From IMG/VR virus record IMGVR_UViG_3300020477_000028, positions 1 through 57,713 of that record: a stretch of 57,713 bases of DNA; one strand, given 5' to 3'. Source of the stretch: a virus. Taxonomy: Duplodnaviria > Caudoviricetes. The translations under genes were made by a program, and so were the position numbers. The notes under the pieces are model-generated. The model was not told the origin of the DNA, did no database searches, and saw only the letters and a list, made by a program, of their open reading frames with translations. Within the stretch, counting starts at the first letter, position 1; each line of letters opens with the position of its first letter. Below, piece by piece: positions 28,118 to 37,259 of this stretch.

Positions 28118-31100
28118 TTAGTATATACTTTCAGGTGCTATTTCTATATGATAATGATCAGGTCCAGATTCAAAAATCATATTAACAATACCATTTGCTA
28201 TCATTTCTTGCCTTCCAAAAGAAGTATTCCATTTTGCAAATAATTCATCAGAAGCGGTAGACACTCGTAAATCAAGAGCTCTTCCTTCTGTATGAGATCC
28301 TGTCCCAGGATGAGCAGATTTTCCAACTATTTTATCATATCCTGGAATTCTCATTAAACCTGTAATAGTAAGATTACCTCCAAGATCTAAACCATCTAAA
28401 TACGCTATAGCTTTGTCTGTATTCTTAGATACAAATGGTGCATACATTTTATCACTTATTTCAATAGTTGAATAATTTTGATGATCAAATTCAATTAAAT
28501 TATTTTTAGATGCATAATTTCTACTAGCTTTTCTTAAATTAACTGCATTTGTTACCTCTCCATTTACAATACCTATATCTTCATTAGTATTATTATCATC
28601 TAAATCATAAAATCCTGAAGCAGAATCCATATTATTTACAAAAGCTCTAAACTTTCTTTGTTTTTCATTATTACTAAGGAATACACCTTCATCCCAATCA
28701 CTAGGATTTAACATAGAATGTAAAATAGCTAAATTACTTAAAGATGATTCGAAATCTTCTGCATTTCCAGTTCCATTTACATGTGCATTTAAATCCTCTC
28801 TTAACTCAGTTATAATATCTACCATATCTGTATATACAGCTCCTTTTCCATCTGGAAAAGCTTCATTTAAATGAGTTAAAATTCCTTGTTCAGAATCTTC
28901 AAACCATTGAGTGATATATTTAGGTCTAGCATCAATAAAACTATTAGTTGTCTCATCATAAAGAGTAACGTCTGGGTCACTTATTAATCCTTTAAATCTA
29001 GATTTTGTACCTACTACTCTACTATCTGCTAATTGTATATCTAATTTTTCTGTTTGATTAGCTATATTATTTTGTAATATAGCAACCCATTCATCATTCC
29101 AACCACTAGTAAGATTAGCTATTTGACCTGTTTTATACTGCCCAAATTCTTTATTATAATCATCAGCAAGATTAGCATCTATAGGAATTTCTATAGTAGC
29201 AGGAATTTCAAATAATGGAATTTTTATAGTACCTCCTTTCCCATCTGGTATTGTTTGCATTTGAGTAGACATATGTACTAATTTAGTAACAAAATCTCTA
29301 TCAGTTTCTTGATAAAAATATTCAATCCAATTATCACTTGTCCAATAATCAGGATTCTCTCCTTTCATTAATGCTTGAATAGTATTTAAATCTACTTCAG
29401 CTCCCATTTTTACTCCATTTTCTCCATCAAACCCATTCTCCCTGCTAAAGATTTTATTTAAATCTTGATACCCTAATGTATAATGTCCATCAACTACCAT
29501 TACCATTTTAGGATTACCATCATCCCCCATAACCATTCTGGTAGTTACATTATTACCAGCATTAGGAGTAAAATCAAAACTTGCTCCATTATTATGAAGA
29601 ACTTTATTAAATAATTGTTTATTATTTATTTTAGTTGCATCATTCTCTTCTTTATCTGTATTAACTTTATCAATTAATTTTTTCCATTTTGGATCAAAAG
29701 GATCAACAATTCCTATATTTCTTAGATTTCTTATTTGAGAATTATAATCTAAAACACCATCTCCTGGCGCAACATTTTGATTTATAATAGCACTCTTATT
29801 AGTAAGACTTTCTGACCCAAATTTTGGAATCAAAGCATTTTCAAAATCTGTAAAGAAAGTTGCTAACTCACCATTAGGACCAAAATCTGCACGATCAAAA
29901 CTAATACCATTATTATGTATTGCATGATATTTAGTATGATCAATAGCCATTAAAACATGTTTAGGTATTCTTACCTTATTATGTCTTGTAGGGTGCGCTA
30001 AAAAGTCTTTTATATGTTGAAGACCATCTGGATCTACTTTCCATTCTTGTAACTCTTTTCTTTGATCTGAGTTTATGTTTGTAAGTTCCTCATAATAAGT
30101 ATAATAAGGACTATCCATAAATGTATTAAGAGTTTGTATCTGTAAATTTTGAAGTCGTGCATTTGCTAAATCACCTTCAGTAACAGTTTGTAAAGTATAA
30201 CTTTCACTTTGAGGATCCCATACATACATTTCTGTAGCATCTAATTCGTTATAACTAGTTAAATTACTAGGAGTAACTTGGAAAGCATTAGGAATATTAA
30301 ATTTACTTTCTGTATTACCTGCTAAGAAGTTTATGTTATCAGAATTCATTAAAGCTCCTGTAGGACTTGTTATAATATTTCCAAGATGTTGATTATATAA
30401 AGATTCGGCATAATCCTCATTAGGAACATTATTTTTCTTCTTGTTATTCTTATTTTCCTCTACTATTTGTATATCATATATTTCTCTACCTGTATCAAAT
30501 AGTATATCTTCTGCCATTTTATTAAGTCGACTAGTAGCATTTTGATCTCCCCCTTTAGCTTGCTGATATAAACTGTCTACTAATTTTTGTCCATAAATAT
30601 CAACCAATGCATTATATCCTGGACCACTAGCTACAAATTGAGGAGCTCCTGCTCTAGCTTCAGCTCTTACACCTTGAGCATTTTGATATGCCTCATTCAT
30701 ATTATCAAAATATCTTTCAGCATCATCTCTCCAATTTGCTTGAGGAGTATGCATAAATGAACTTATATTACCTGGTATCTCAGAAGTAGGTGTATCCGAA
30801 TATGGATGTTGAGAATCTGGATGCCATTGTTCATTAGCAATTAAATTCTGTTTAGCCTGCTCTTGAACTACCCAATTATCATAATTAGTAGCTATATCTT
30901 TAACTAACTGATTATTCATAAGCCCATTTATACCTTGAGTTATATAACCTTGAGCATTATGTAAAGGCATATTAGAAGCATTATTCATAAATTCTTCTGC
31001 CTGTCTCCTCAATTCCATAACTGCAGCTGCATCGGCTGGTCTATATTTTAAATCAAGAAATTCATCATACCCTGCTTGTAAACTTTCTAAAGCTTTATCA

Positions 31101-31204
31101 TGACGATCTTGCTTATATTTCATCGCTTTGAATAGTTCATCAAAAGGATATACATAAGCGTAATCTACAGTAGGAGTTTTCGTTGTTTTATAAAATCTGG
31201 ACAT
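28118..31204 (-). CDS. Virion cargo protein with C-terminal peptidase M15-like (LAS) domain
   Basis: C-terminal GLMR..GSHTEGRALDLR..DHYHIE matches the H-x6-D / HxH zinc ligands of M15A-type peptidoglycan peptidases. Confidence 0.7.
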   Translation of the reverse strand: MSRFYKTTKTPTVDYAYVYPFDELFKAMKYKQDRHDKALESLQAGYDEFLDLKYRPADAAAVMELRRQAEEFMNNASNMPLHNAQGYITQGINGLMNNQLVKDIATNYDNWVVQEQAKQNLIANEQWHPDSQHPYSDTPTSEIPGNISSFMHTPQANWRDDAERYFDNMNEAYQNAQGVRAEARAGAPQFVASGPGYNALVDIYGQKLVDSLYQQAKGGDQNATSRLNKMAEDILFDTGREIYDIQIVEENKNNKKKNNVPNEDYAESLYNQHLGNIITSPTGALMNSDNINFLAGNTESKFNIPNAFQVTPSNLTSYNELDATEMYVWDPQSESYTLQTVTEGDLANARLQNLQIQTLNTFMDSPYYTYYEELTNINSDQRKELQEWKVDPDGLQHIKDFLAHPTRHNKVRIPKHVLMAIDHTKYHAIHNNGISFDRADFGPNGELATFFTDFENALIPKFGSESLTNKSAIINQNVAPGDGVLDYNSQIRNLRNIGIVDPFDPKWKKLIDKVNTDKEENDATKINNKQLFNKVLHNNGASFDFTPNAGNNVTTRMVMGDDGNPKMVMVVDGHYTLGYQDLNKIFSRENGFDGENGVKMGAEVDLNTIQALMKGENPDYWTSDNWIEYFYQETDRDFVTKLVHMSTQMQTIPDGKGGTIKIPLFEIPATIEIPIDANLADDYNKEFGQYKTGQIANLTSGWNDEWVAILQNNIANQTEKLDIQLADSRVVGTKSRFKGLISDPDVTLYDETTNSFIDARPKYITQWFEDSEQGILTHLNEAFPDGKGAVYTDMVDIITELREDLNAHVNGTGNAEDFESSLSNLAILHSMLNPSDWDEGVFLSNNEKQRKFRAFVNNMDSASGFYDLDDNNTNEDIGIVNGEVTNAVNLRKASRNYASKNNLIEFDHQNYSTIEISDKMYAPFVSKNTDKAIAYLDGLDLGGNLTITGLMRIPGYDKIVGKSAHPGTGSHTEGRALDLRVSTASDELFAKWNTSFGRQEMIANGIVNMIFESGPDHYHIEIAPESIY

Positions 31205-31205
31205 A

Positions 31206-34200
31206 TTATTTATTTCTATTTTTTAACCATTCTTGAAGACCTTCTATTCTTTTATTACTTTCAGCTCTTCTAGAATTTATTATACTCTCACGTATAGCTC
31301 CTCCATTATATCTAGTATATCCCCCATGTTTTCCTTGAGGAGCTAAATTAATTGAAGTTGCATCTAATCCTGGTATTAAAGTTAATTCATTAGCATCTAT
31401 TTCTTCATTAGCTTGCTCCTTTCTAAGATTGATAAAATCTTGCTCATTCTTAAGTTGAGTTGCTTCAAAACTATCTTGAAATTGTGGCATATAGTCAAAC
31501 ATATCTACTTGAGGATTTAAATTTGCCACATTAGCTCCAAAATTATATTTTCTTGGTTGTCTAATGTCTCCTCCATGTTTTATAATATGCATACCTTCTG
31601 TCATATCATTGATCTCAGGTCCTAATGGGCCTAAAAAGTATGAACCTATAGCATCTCTTATTCCTCTTCTAAAACTACCATCAGCATGTAAGAATCCTTT
31701 TTCTTCTTTATCCTCTTTACCTTCTTTATCGCCTTCCTTTTTCTTACCTCCTCCTAGACCACCTAAAAGAGAAGAGAGATCAAAACCTCCTCCACCTTCT
31801 CCTCCGCCTATACCACCTAAGATAGAAGAAAAATCAAAACCTCCGCCTCCGCTACCACTTCCCATGATTCCTTGTACCATACTTCCCCAATTATATTTTG
31901 GCACATTTCCTCCAAATCTTTGTGCAGGAATACTATCGTTTTCATTTATAATTACTTCCTCTACAGGAACTGTAGATGTATCATTTGGATTAACAATAGT
32001 ATCATTTGAAAATTCTCCTGTAGGAGTAATACCCATTTCTGCATAAAAATCGTCTAATGTTTTTCCTTCATTTTCAGGAAGTTGTGACCACGAAACAAAA
32101 TCTTGTTGAATTTTTTTATTAAATGTTTGCTCATTTCTAGTATTATCAAGTTGCATATAAACTTTATTACCACTTGCATCTATTCCTTCTAAATTACCAT
32201 CCCAATTTTCGTCTATAAGACCTTCATTAAGCATCCAATTATAATACTCATTACCATGAGTATTCCCTAATCTTCTAGTATTTGTTTTATATAATCCAGA
32301 TTCATATTTAGCCGTTCCTCCAGGATTATTATCAACACCTTTCCAATTTTCATCGGTTCCATAATATTCTCCTTCTCCTAATCCAGTTTGACTTAAAAGT
32401 CTTCCTGTAGGATCATTGAAAATGCTATTCCATTCTTGGAAGTGTCCTACAGTACCTGGCGCATACTTACCTGAAAATTCTCTTTGTCCCGTCTCATAGG
32501 TATGTGCATATACATTTTGTTGATTAGTTTGATCATTATTATTAACAGCATTTGGATCTGCAGCTACACATTCACATGTATTTTGGTCTAAGAATGGTAA
32601 TGCTGGATCTTCACATATTTTACCCTCACAAGGAGCATTATTATTATTGTTATTATTGTTATTATTTACTGCGTTAGGATCTATACATTCACAATCTTGA
32701 GACTCAAGTCTTACCCATCCTTCTTGCTCACAAGGTCCTAAATCAGCACATTTATCTCCTCCTTTATTATTATTATTCTCATTATTATTATTATTATTTC
32801 CTTGAACACAGTTACAAGTAGAATCTAAAATCCATCCTTCTCCTTTAGCTTTACAAGCATCTATTTGTTCTTGAGTACAAGGATTTTGATTATTTTCATT
32901 CTTTTTGTGAATTTCATGAGTACATCCAGGTCCTGTACATCCTTCATGATTAAAATATATAATACCATCTGGACCAGGACTATACTGATTACCTTTCAAT
33001 GAATTAGCTAATTGCCAATTTAAGAAAGATTGATTTCTATTTTTACCCATTTCTTGAAGATTCTTAGCAATATTTTGTTTATCTATACCTAGTTGAGTAT
33101 AGTATCCTGCTAAATCTTCTTGATCGTCCTGACGAACATCGAAATCTGCACCTACAGTTAATTTATCAGTATCCCAATATTGATCAGCTAGTTTATCTTG
33201 CTCTCCCATCCTCATTAATCCGTACTTAATATCAGCATCTATTTTATTACCTGCATATGTATTATAAGCATTCTGGTCACGCGCAATTCTATTTCCAAAT
33301 GAACTAGCAGAATCTCTATTAAGACTATATTGTCTGTTTAAATCTTCTCTTAAAGTACGTTCAGTATTTTTTCTAGCTGCTTCTATAAGATCTTCCTTAT
33401 TCTCTAATATAGTTTCAGCTCTATCTCCTACTTCATGTTTACGATAAAAATTCTCATTAGGTAATTCTTGATATTTATCCCAGAATTCTTTTGTATTTGC
33501 AATACCTGCTGTAGAACCATATCCTAAACCTAAATCACCAAGCCAATCTCCAGGACCTCTTCCGTCCCAACTTTGTGTAGAAGAAGATTGATTTTGATTA
33601 TTATTTTGGTTATTTTTATCATTAGGATCTACATCATTAGGATCTACATCAGACTCCTTTTCTTGATTATTAGTTTTCTGAGTTTCATTATAAGCCTCAA
33701 GAGCCTTTTGATATTCTTCCTGGCTTCTATAATGTTTTGGATTTGGTTTTTTACCTTTATCTACATTTTTCTGGGCTTTCTTATCTTGTTTTTTATTTTG
33801 ATTAAATGTTTTCTTTTCGTTTTTCCAATTATCTAAATCATTATTAAAACTTTCTTTATCTACAATTTGTTTTCTATTAGTAAAACTTTCAGGTTGATTT
33901 GGATCAAAATCAGGATTATCAATCATATAGTCCTTTTTATTAGGACGTACTTTAGAAAAATTACCTTTTCTTTCATTTTCTGCAATATCATATTCCTCAT
34001 TTATAGTTTCCCATTGTTTATCTAATTCAGATTTTTGATTTTGTAACTCTGCATTCTTTTCATCCCATACTTTTTTATCCTCATTATATTTAACCATTTC
34101 TTCTTCATACGTTGCTAAATCTGCATTATAAGCTTCTTGACCTCCAGATTTCCATCCTCCTGATCCGTCTGTTCCCCATTTATATTTAGTACTATTTTCG

Positions 34201-37200
34201 GTAGGTTTTTTAGGTTTTTTAGGTTTATTTTTTCTATGCTCCTTATTAGCTGTATTATAATCTTTATATAATTCTTTCTTATCAGATTTTTCAGGTTTAT
34301 TTACCGTTCTATTCTTTTTAAAATCTCTAAAATCTTGTCTAGAAGCATCAGGATTATAATTTTTATAATCTTTATAATTAAGATCTCCATTTTCTATACC
34401 TGCTCTCATACTGGCATCTGTATGTTCAGTAACATATTTAAGAGCTTTAGGATGATCTTGAATAAGCATATTATTAAAAGCTTCTCTGTCAATACTCATA
34501 CCAGCATCTAAATTTGCTTTAATATCATTAACAGCATCAAATTGCCCATTATCCCAAAGATGTTGTAATTCTGCTTCTATATCAAAAGGTGTTGATGTGT
34601 CATTTGGATCTGTTTGTGTTTCTGGAGAAACTGTACCATCAGTATTATCATCAGTATTATCATTACCCTCAGTATTAGATTCAGTAATTTTAAAATCTGG
34701 GTGGTCAGGATTAAAATCTGCACTCTCTCTCCAATTAGACATTGGTCCATTATCCATAGCAGCTATGTATTGCTCTTTTGTTATAGGTCGTCCTCCACAT
34801 GTATATGTATATGAACCATCCGTAGCTCGCTCTATTTGTAAAGAAGCACACTTAAAGTTTTTTACATCATCTCCATTTTCATATTTAGGATAACCTCCCA
34901 TAGCCATTTCAGGATATATAGATTCTTGATAAGCTGTAAGTTTTTTACGTTTACCTTTTTTTACATAACTACCATCTTTAGATATTTTATTACCAGAAAG
35001 TAAACCTTCTAATTCAATTCTTTCTTTAAGCTCATTCCTTTTCTTAATCTCATCCTGCTCAGATCTGTCTGCCCATTCTTCAGATTCAAGAGCCATTAAT
35101 AAACGCATTAATGTATGTTTTCTATAAGGATCAATTAACTCTCCCTGTTCTTGTAGTTCATTTTGTATATTTAAAGCCTCTCTTTCTCTTTTATCTTTTC
35201 TTTCTTTAAAAGTAAATTTAGAACCTTTAGGTTTATTTTTTGAATAAATATATGAATCTCCATATTCATTGACTTCTATTCCCTCACCTTTTTCAGCTTC
35301 TATAATAGTATTACCTTGTCCTTCTGCAGGAACATTCATTAGCGTACCTCCTCTTTCATGGCTATTTCCAACTTCAATAGGCAAATAACCTTGATAATTT
35401 TGATCAAGTGTAAGCATATTACCATCCCAGCTTACTCCTTGTGTATTATTTCCTGATAATAAATTTGCTCCATAAGTTAAATTAGTTATATCATCACTTG
35501 TAAAAGACATAGGATTTTCATTGGAGGTTACCTCTCTATTATTATTAGATACTTGTGTACCCATATTATATCTTCTTGAGTTTCCAGCCACGCGATTACT
35601 TATTCTACCGCCATGTTTTACTACTGGTTGATTTGAATTTGCCATATTAAAATTTTTCATTAAGGTTTTGAAATCCATTCCTCCGCCTCCTTGACCCCCT
35701 GATAATGAGCCTAGCATAGAGCTGAAATCCATTCCACCTCCGCCTCCTCCAGTGATTCCACCTCCACCTCCTGCGCCTAAAAATGATCCTCCTTGAAACA
35801 TTCCTGCTCCTGATCCTCCTGGTGCTCCACCACCTCCAACAAAATTAGAAGCAAGATTACCAATTTTAGCAATTGAAGTTCCTAATTTATTAGACCAATC
35901 ATTTTTAACCCAGTCTTTTTGTGCATCTCTGAAATATGCGTTATTCATATAATTACTTGTTCCTGTTTGCCCAAATTGTTGAGCACCATCTTGACTATAA
36001 TAATCAAGAGGTCTTGCAGCTATTTCTGTTTGTCGTTTTTGTTCGTTAAAAAGGTTTTCTTGAGCTTTAATCATTTGAGGAGTATCAGTTGTCCAAGTAT
36101 TAATTAATCCCCCATCAAAACCTGTCCATTCTCTATTATTTCCTCTATCTAAACCAAATTGATCTCCTACAGTTGGAGTAGTCATTGCTGTACCTAGTGT
36201 ATTAAGTCCACTAGACCAGGCTCCTGCATTTTCTCCCCCAATCATACTTCCAAAATTCCCTAGTATATTACCAAATCCTGTAGAATTAGTTGTACTTCCT
36301 GCCGTTGCACTAGGATTTGATATACCACTAAACATATTTGCAAACTGTCCTCCTCCATCTCCACCTGTATAATTTTTTAATAATCCTGTTAAACTATTAA
36401 TATCTATATTACCTCCCGAAGCTTGTATTTGAGCTAATAAAGATTGAAGGTCAAAGCCTCCAGCAACAGGATAAGTTCCTCCTGATGTGGTAGTAGTAGT
36501 AGTAGTATTTACATTAGTTCCATCATTATATTTTTCTGTTTCTACATCTTCAGTTTTACCTCGATTAAGTATAGCTTCATTTAATTTTATAGATCTTTGT
36601 TTCTTATCTATATTTCCAAAATCATCTATATCACCTGAGAATACAGGAAATTCACCTTTTCCCGTTTGTTTGTTATACATTATAGAGTCTTTAAAGAATA
36701 ATTCTTTAAGTTTTTCTAAATCTCCTGACGCTTCCATAACATCTTTACGTCTAGAGTTTTTCATAAACCAATACTTAAATGTAGGATCTGATACAGCGTC
36801 TTGTCCGTCTTTATCAGATTTTATACTTCCTCCATGCTCACTAACTTGTGCATTTGTATTATCTAATTTACCTTCAGGATCTAGTGTATTAACAGTTTGT
36901 TGAGTTGCTTTTTTACCCATAGTATAAAAAGGACCTCCAAAATAAGTACCTAATATATCAGTAGCAGCGGATCCAACACCAGACGATACATTATCCATTT
37001 TATCCCAACCTCCATAATTAAATTCAGGATCATAGAAATTTCTACCTGTAACAGTTTCAATAGGAGTTAATACTTGATTTAGCATAAACTTCCCTGCATC
37101 CATCATAAAAGTACCCAAGGTATGATTATCTTGCATTTCTACTTTTTGCTGATCAAATCTTCCTCTTACTCCTCTTCCTCCAGCACCAGTAGCAGCCCCT

Positions 37201-37256
37201 CCTTCTGCATATACAGGGTAACGCTTCTGAAAATTTCTATACATTATATCGTTCAT
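31206..37256 (-). CDS. Large low-complexity virion cargo protein (crAss-like, downstream of the muzzle gene)
   Basis: 2016 aa; GNSHERGG..EAEKGE motif, Gly-rich and Asn-rich tracts, charged coiled regions, repeated GG..Y motifs. Confidence 0.7.
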   Translation of the reverse strand: MNDIMYRNFQKRYPVYAEGGAATGAGGRGVRGRFDQQKVEMQDNHTLGTFMMDAGKFMLNQVLTPIETVTGRNFYDPEFNYGGWDKMDNVSSGVGSAATDILGTYFGGPFYTMGKKATQQTVNTLDPEGKLDNTNAQVSEHGGSIKSDKDGQDAVSDPTFKYWFMKNSRRKDVMEASGDLEKLKELFFKDSIMYNKQTGKGEFPVFSGDIDDFGNIDKKQRSIKLNEAILNRGKTEDVETEKYNDGTNVNTTTTTTTSGGTYPVAGGFDLQSLLAQIQASGGNIDINSLTGLLKNYTGGDGGGQFANMFSGISNPSATAGSTTNSTGFGNILGNFGSMIGGENAGAWSSGLNTLGTAMTTPTVGDQFGLDRGNNREWTGFDGGLINTWTTDTPQMIKAQENLFNEQKRQTEIAARPLDYYSQDGAQQFGQTGTSNYMNNAYFRDAQKDWVKNDWSNKLGTSIAKIGNLASNFVGGGGAPGGSGAGMFQGGSFLGAGGGGGITGGGGGGMDFSSMLGSLSGGQGGGGMDFKTLMKNFNMANSNQPVVKHGGRISNRVAGNSRRYNMGTQVSNNNREVTSNENPMSFTSDDITNLTYGANLLSGNNTQGVSWDGNMLTLDQNYQGYLPIEVGNSHERGGTLMNVPAEGQGNTIIEAEKGEGIEVNEYGDSYIYSKNKPKGSKFTFKERKDKREREALNIQNELQEQGELIDPYRKHTLMRLLMALESEEWADRSEQDEIKKRNELKERIELEGLLSGNKISKDGSYVKKGKRKKLTAYQESIYPEMAMGGYPKYENGDDVKNFKCASLQIERATDGSYTYTCGGRPITKEQYIAAMDNGPMSNWRESADFNPDHPDFKITESNTEGNDNTDDNTDGTVSPETQTDPNDTSTPFDIEAELQHLWDNGQFDAVNDIKANLDAGMSIDREAFNNMLIQDHPKALKYVTEHTDASMRAGIENGDLNYKDYKNYNPDASRQDFRDFKKNRTVNKPEKSDKKELYKDYNTANKEHRKNKPKKPKKPTENSTKYKWGTDGSGGWKSGGQEAYNADLATYEEEMVKYNEDKKVWDEKNAELQNQKSELDKQWETINEEYDIAENERKGNFSKVRPNKKDYMIDNPDFDPNQPESFTNRKQIVDKESFNNDLDNWKNEKKTFNQNKKQDKKAQKNVDKGKKPNPKHYRSQEEYQKALEAYNETQKTNNQEKESDVDPNDVDPNDKNNQNNNQNQSSSTQSWDGRGPGDWLGDLGLGYGSTAGIANTKEFWDKYQELPNENFYRKHEVGDRAETILENKEDLIEAARKNTERTLREDLNRQYSLNRDSASSFGNRIARDQNAYNTYAGNKIDADIKYGLMRMGEQDKLADQYWDTDKLTVGADFDVRQDDQEDLAGYYTQLGIDKQNIAKNLQEMGKNRNQSFLNWQLANSLKGNQYSPGPDGIIYFNHEGCTGPGCTHEIHKKNENNQNPCTQEQIDACKAKGEGWILDSTCNCVQGNNNNNNENNNNKGGDKCADLGPCEQEGWVRLESQDCECIDPNAVNNNNNNNNNNAPCEGKICEDPALPFLDQNTCECVAADPNAVNNNDQTNQQNVYAHTYETGQREFSGKYAPGTVGHFQEWNSIFNDPTGRLLSQTGLGEGEYYGTDENWKGVDNNPGGTAKYESGLYKTNTRRLGNTHGNEYYNWMLNEGLIDENWDGNLEGIDASGNKVYMQLDNTRNEQTFNKKIQQDFVSWSQLPENEGKTLDDFYAEMGITPTGEFSNDTIVNPNDTSTVPVEEVIINENDSIPAQRFGGNVPKYNWGSMVQGIMGSGSGGGGFDFSSILGGIGGGEGGGGFDLSSLLGGLGGGKKKEGDKEGKEDKEEKGFLHADGSFRRGIRDAIGSYFLGPLGPEINDMTEGMHIIKHGGDIRQPRKYNFGANVANLNPQVDMFDYMPQFQDSFEATQLKNEQDFINLRKEQANEEIDANELTLIPGLDATSINLAPQGKHGGYTRYNGGAIRESIINSRRAESNKRIEGLQEWLKNRNK
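32560..32945 (-). repeat. Three 4-Cys mini-modules separated by poly-Asn linkers
   Basis: PCTQEQIDAC..STCNCV, KCADLGPC..QDCECID and PCEGKIC..NTCECV; (TTA/TTG)n runs near 32638-32668 and 32765-32798. Confidence 0.7.
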
Positions 37257-37259
37257 TTC

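Noticed and set aside
33620-33650. 15-bp tandem repeat, and a 9-bp repeat near 46765-46790
   Set aside because: In-frame coding micro-duplications (DVDPN, GPI) in low-complexity linkers.
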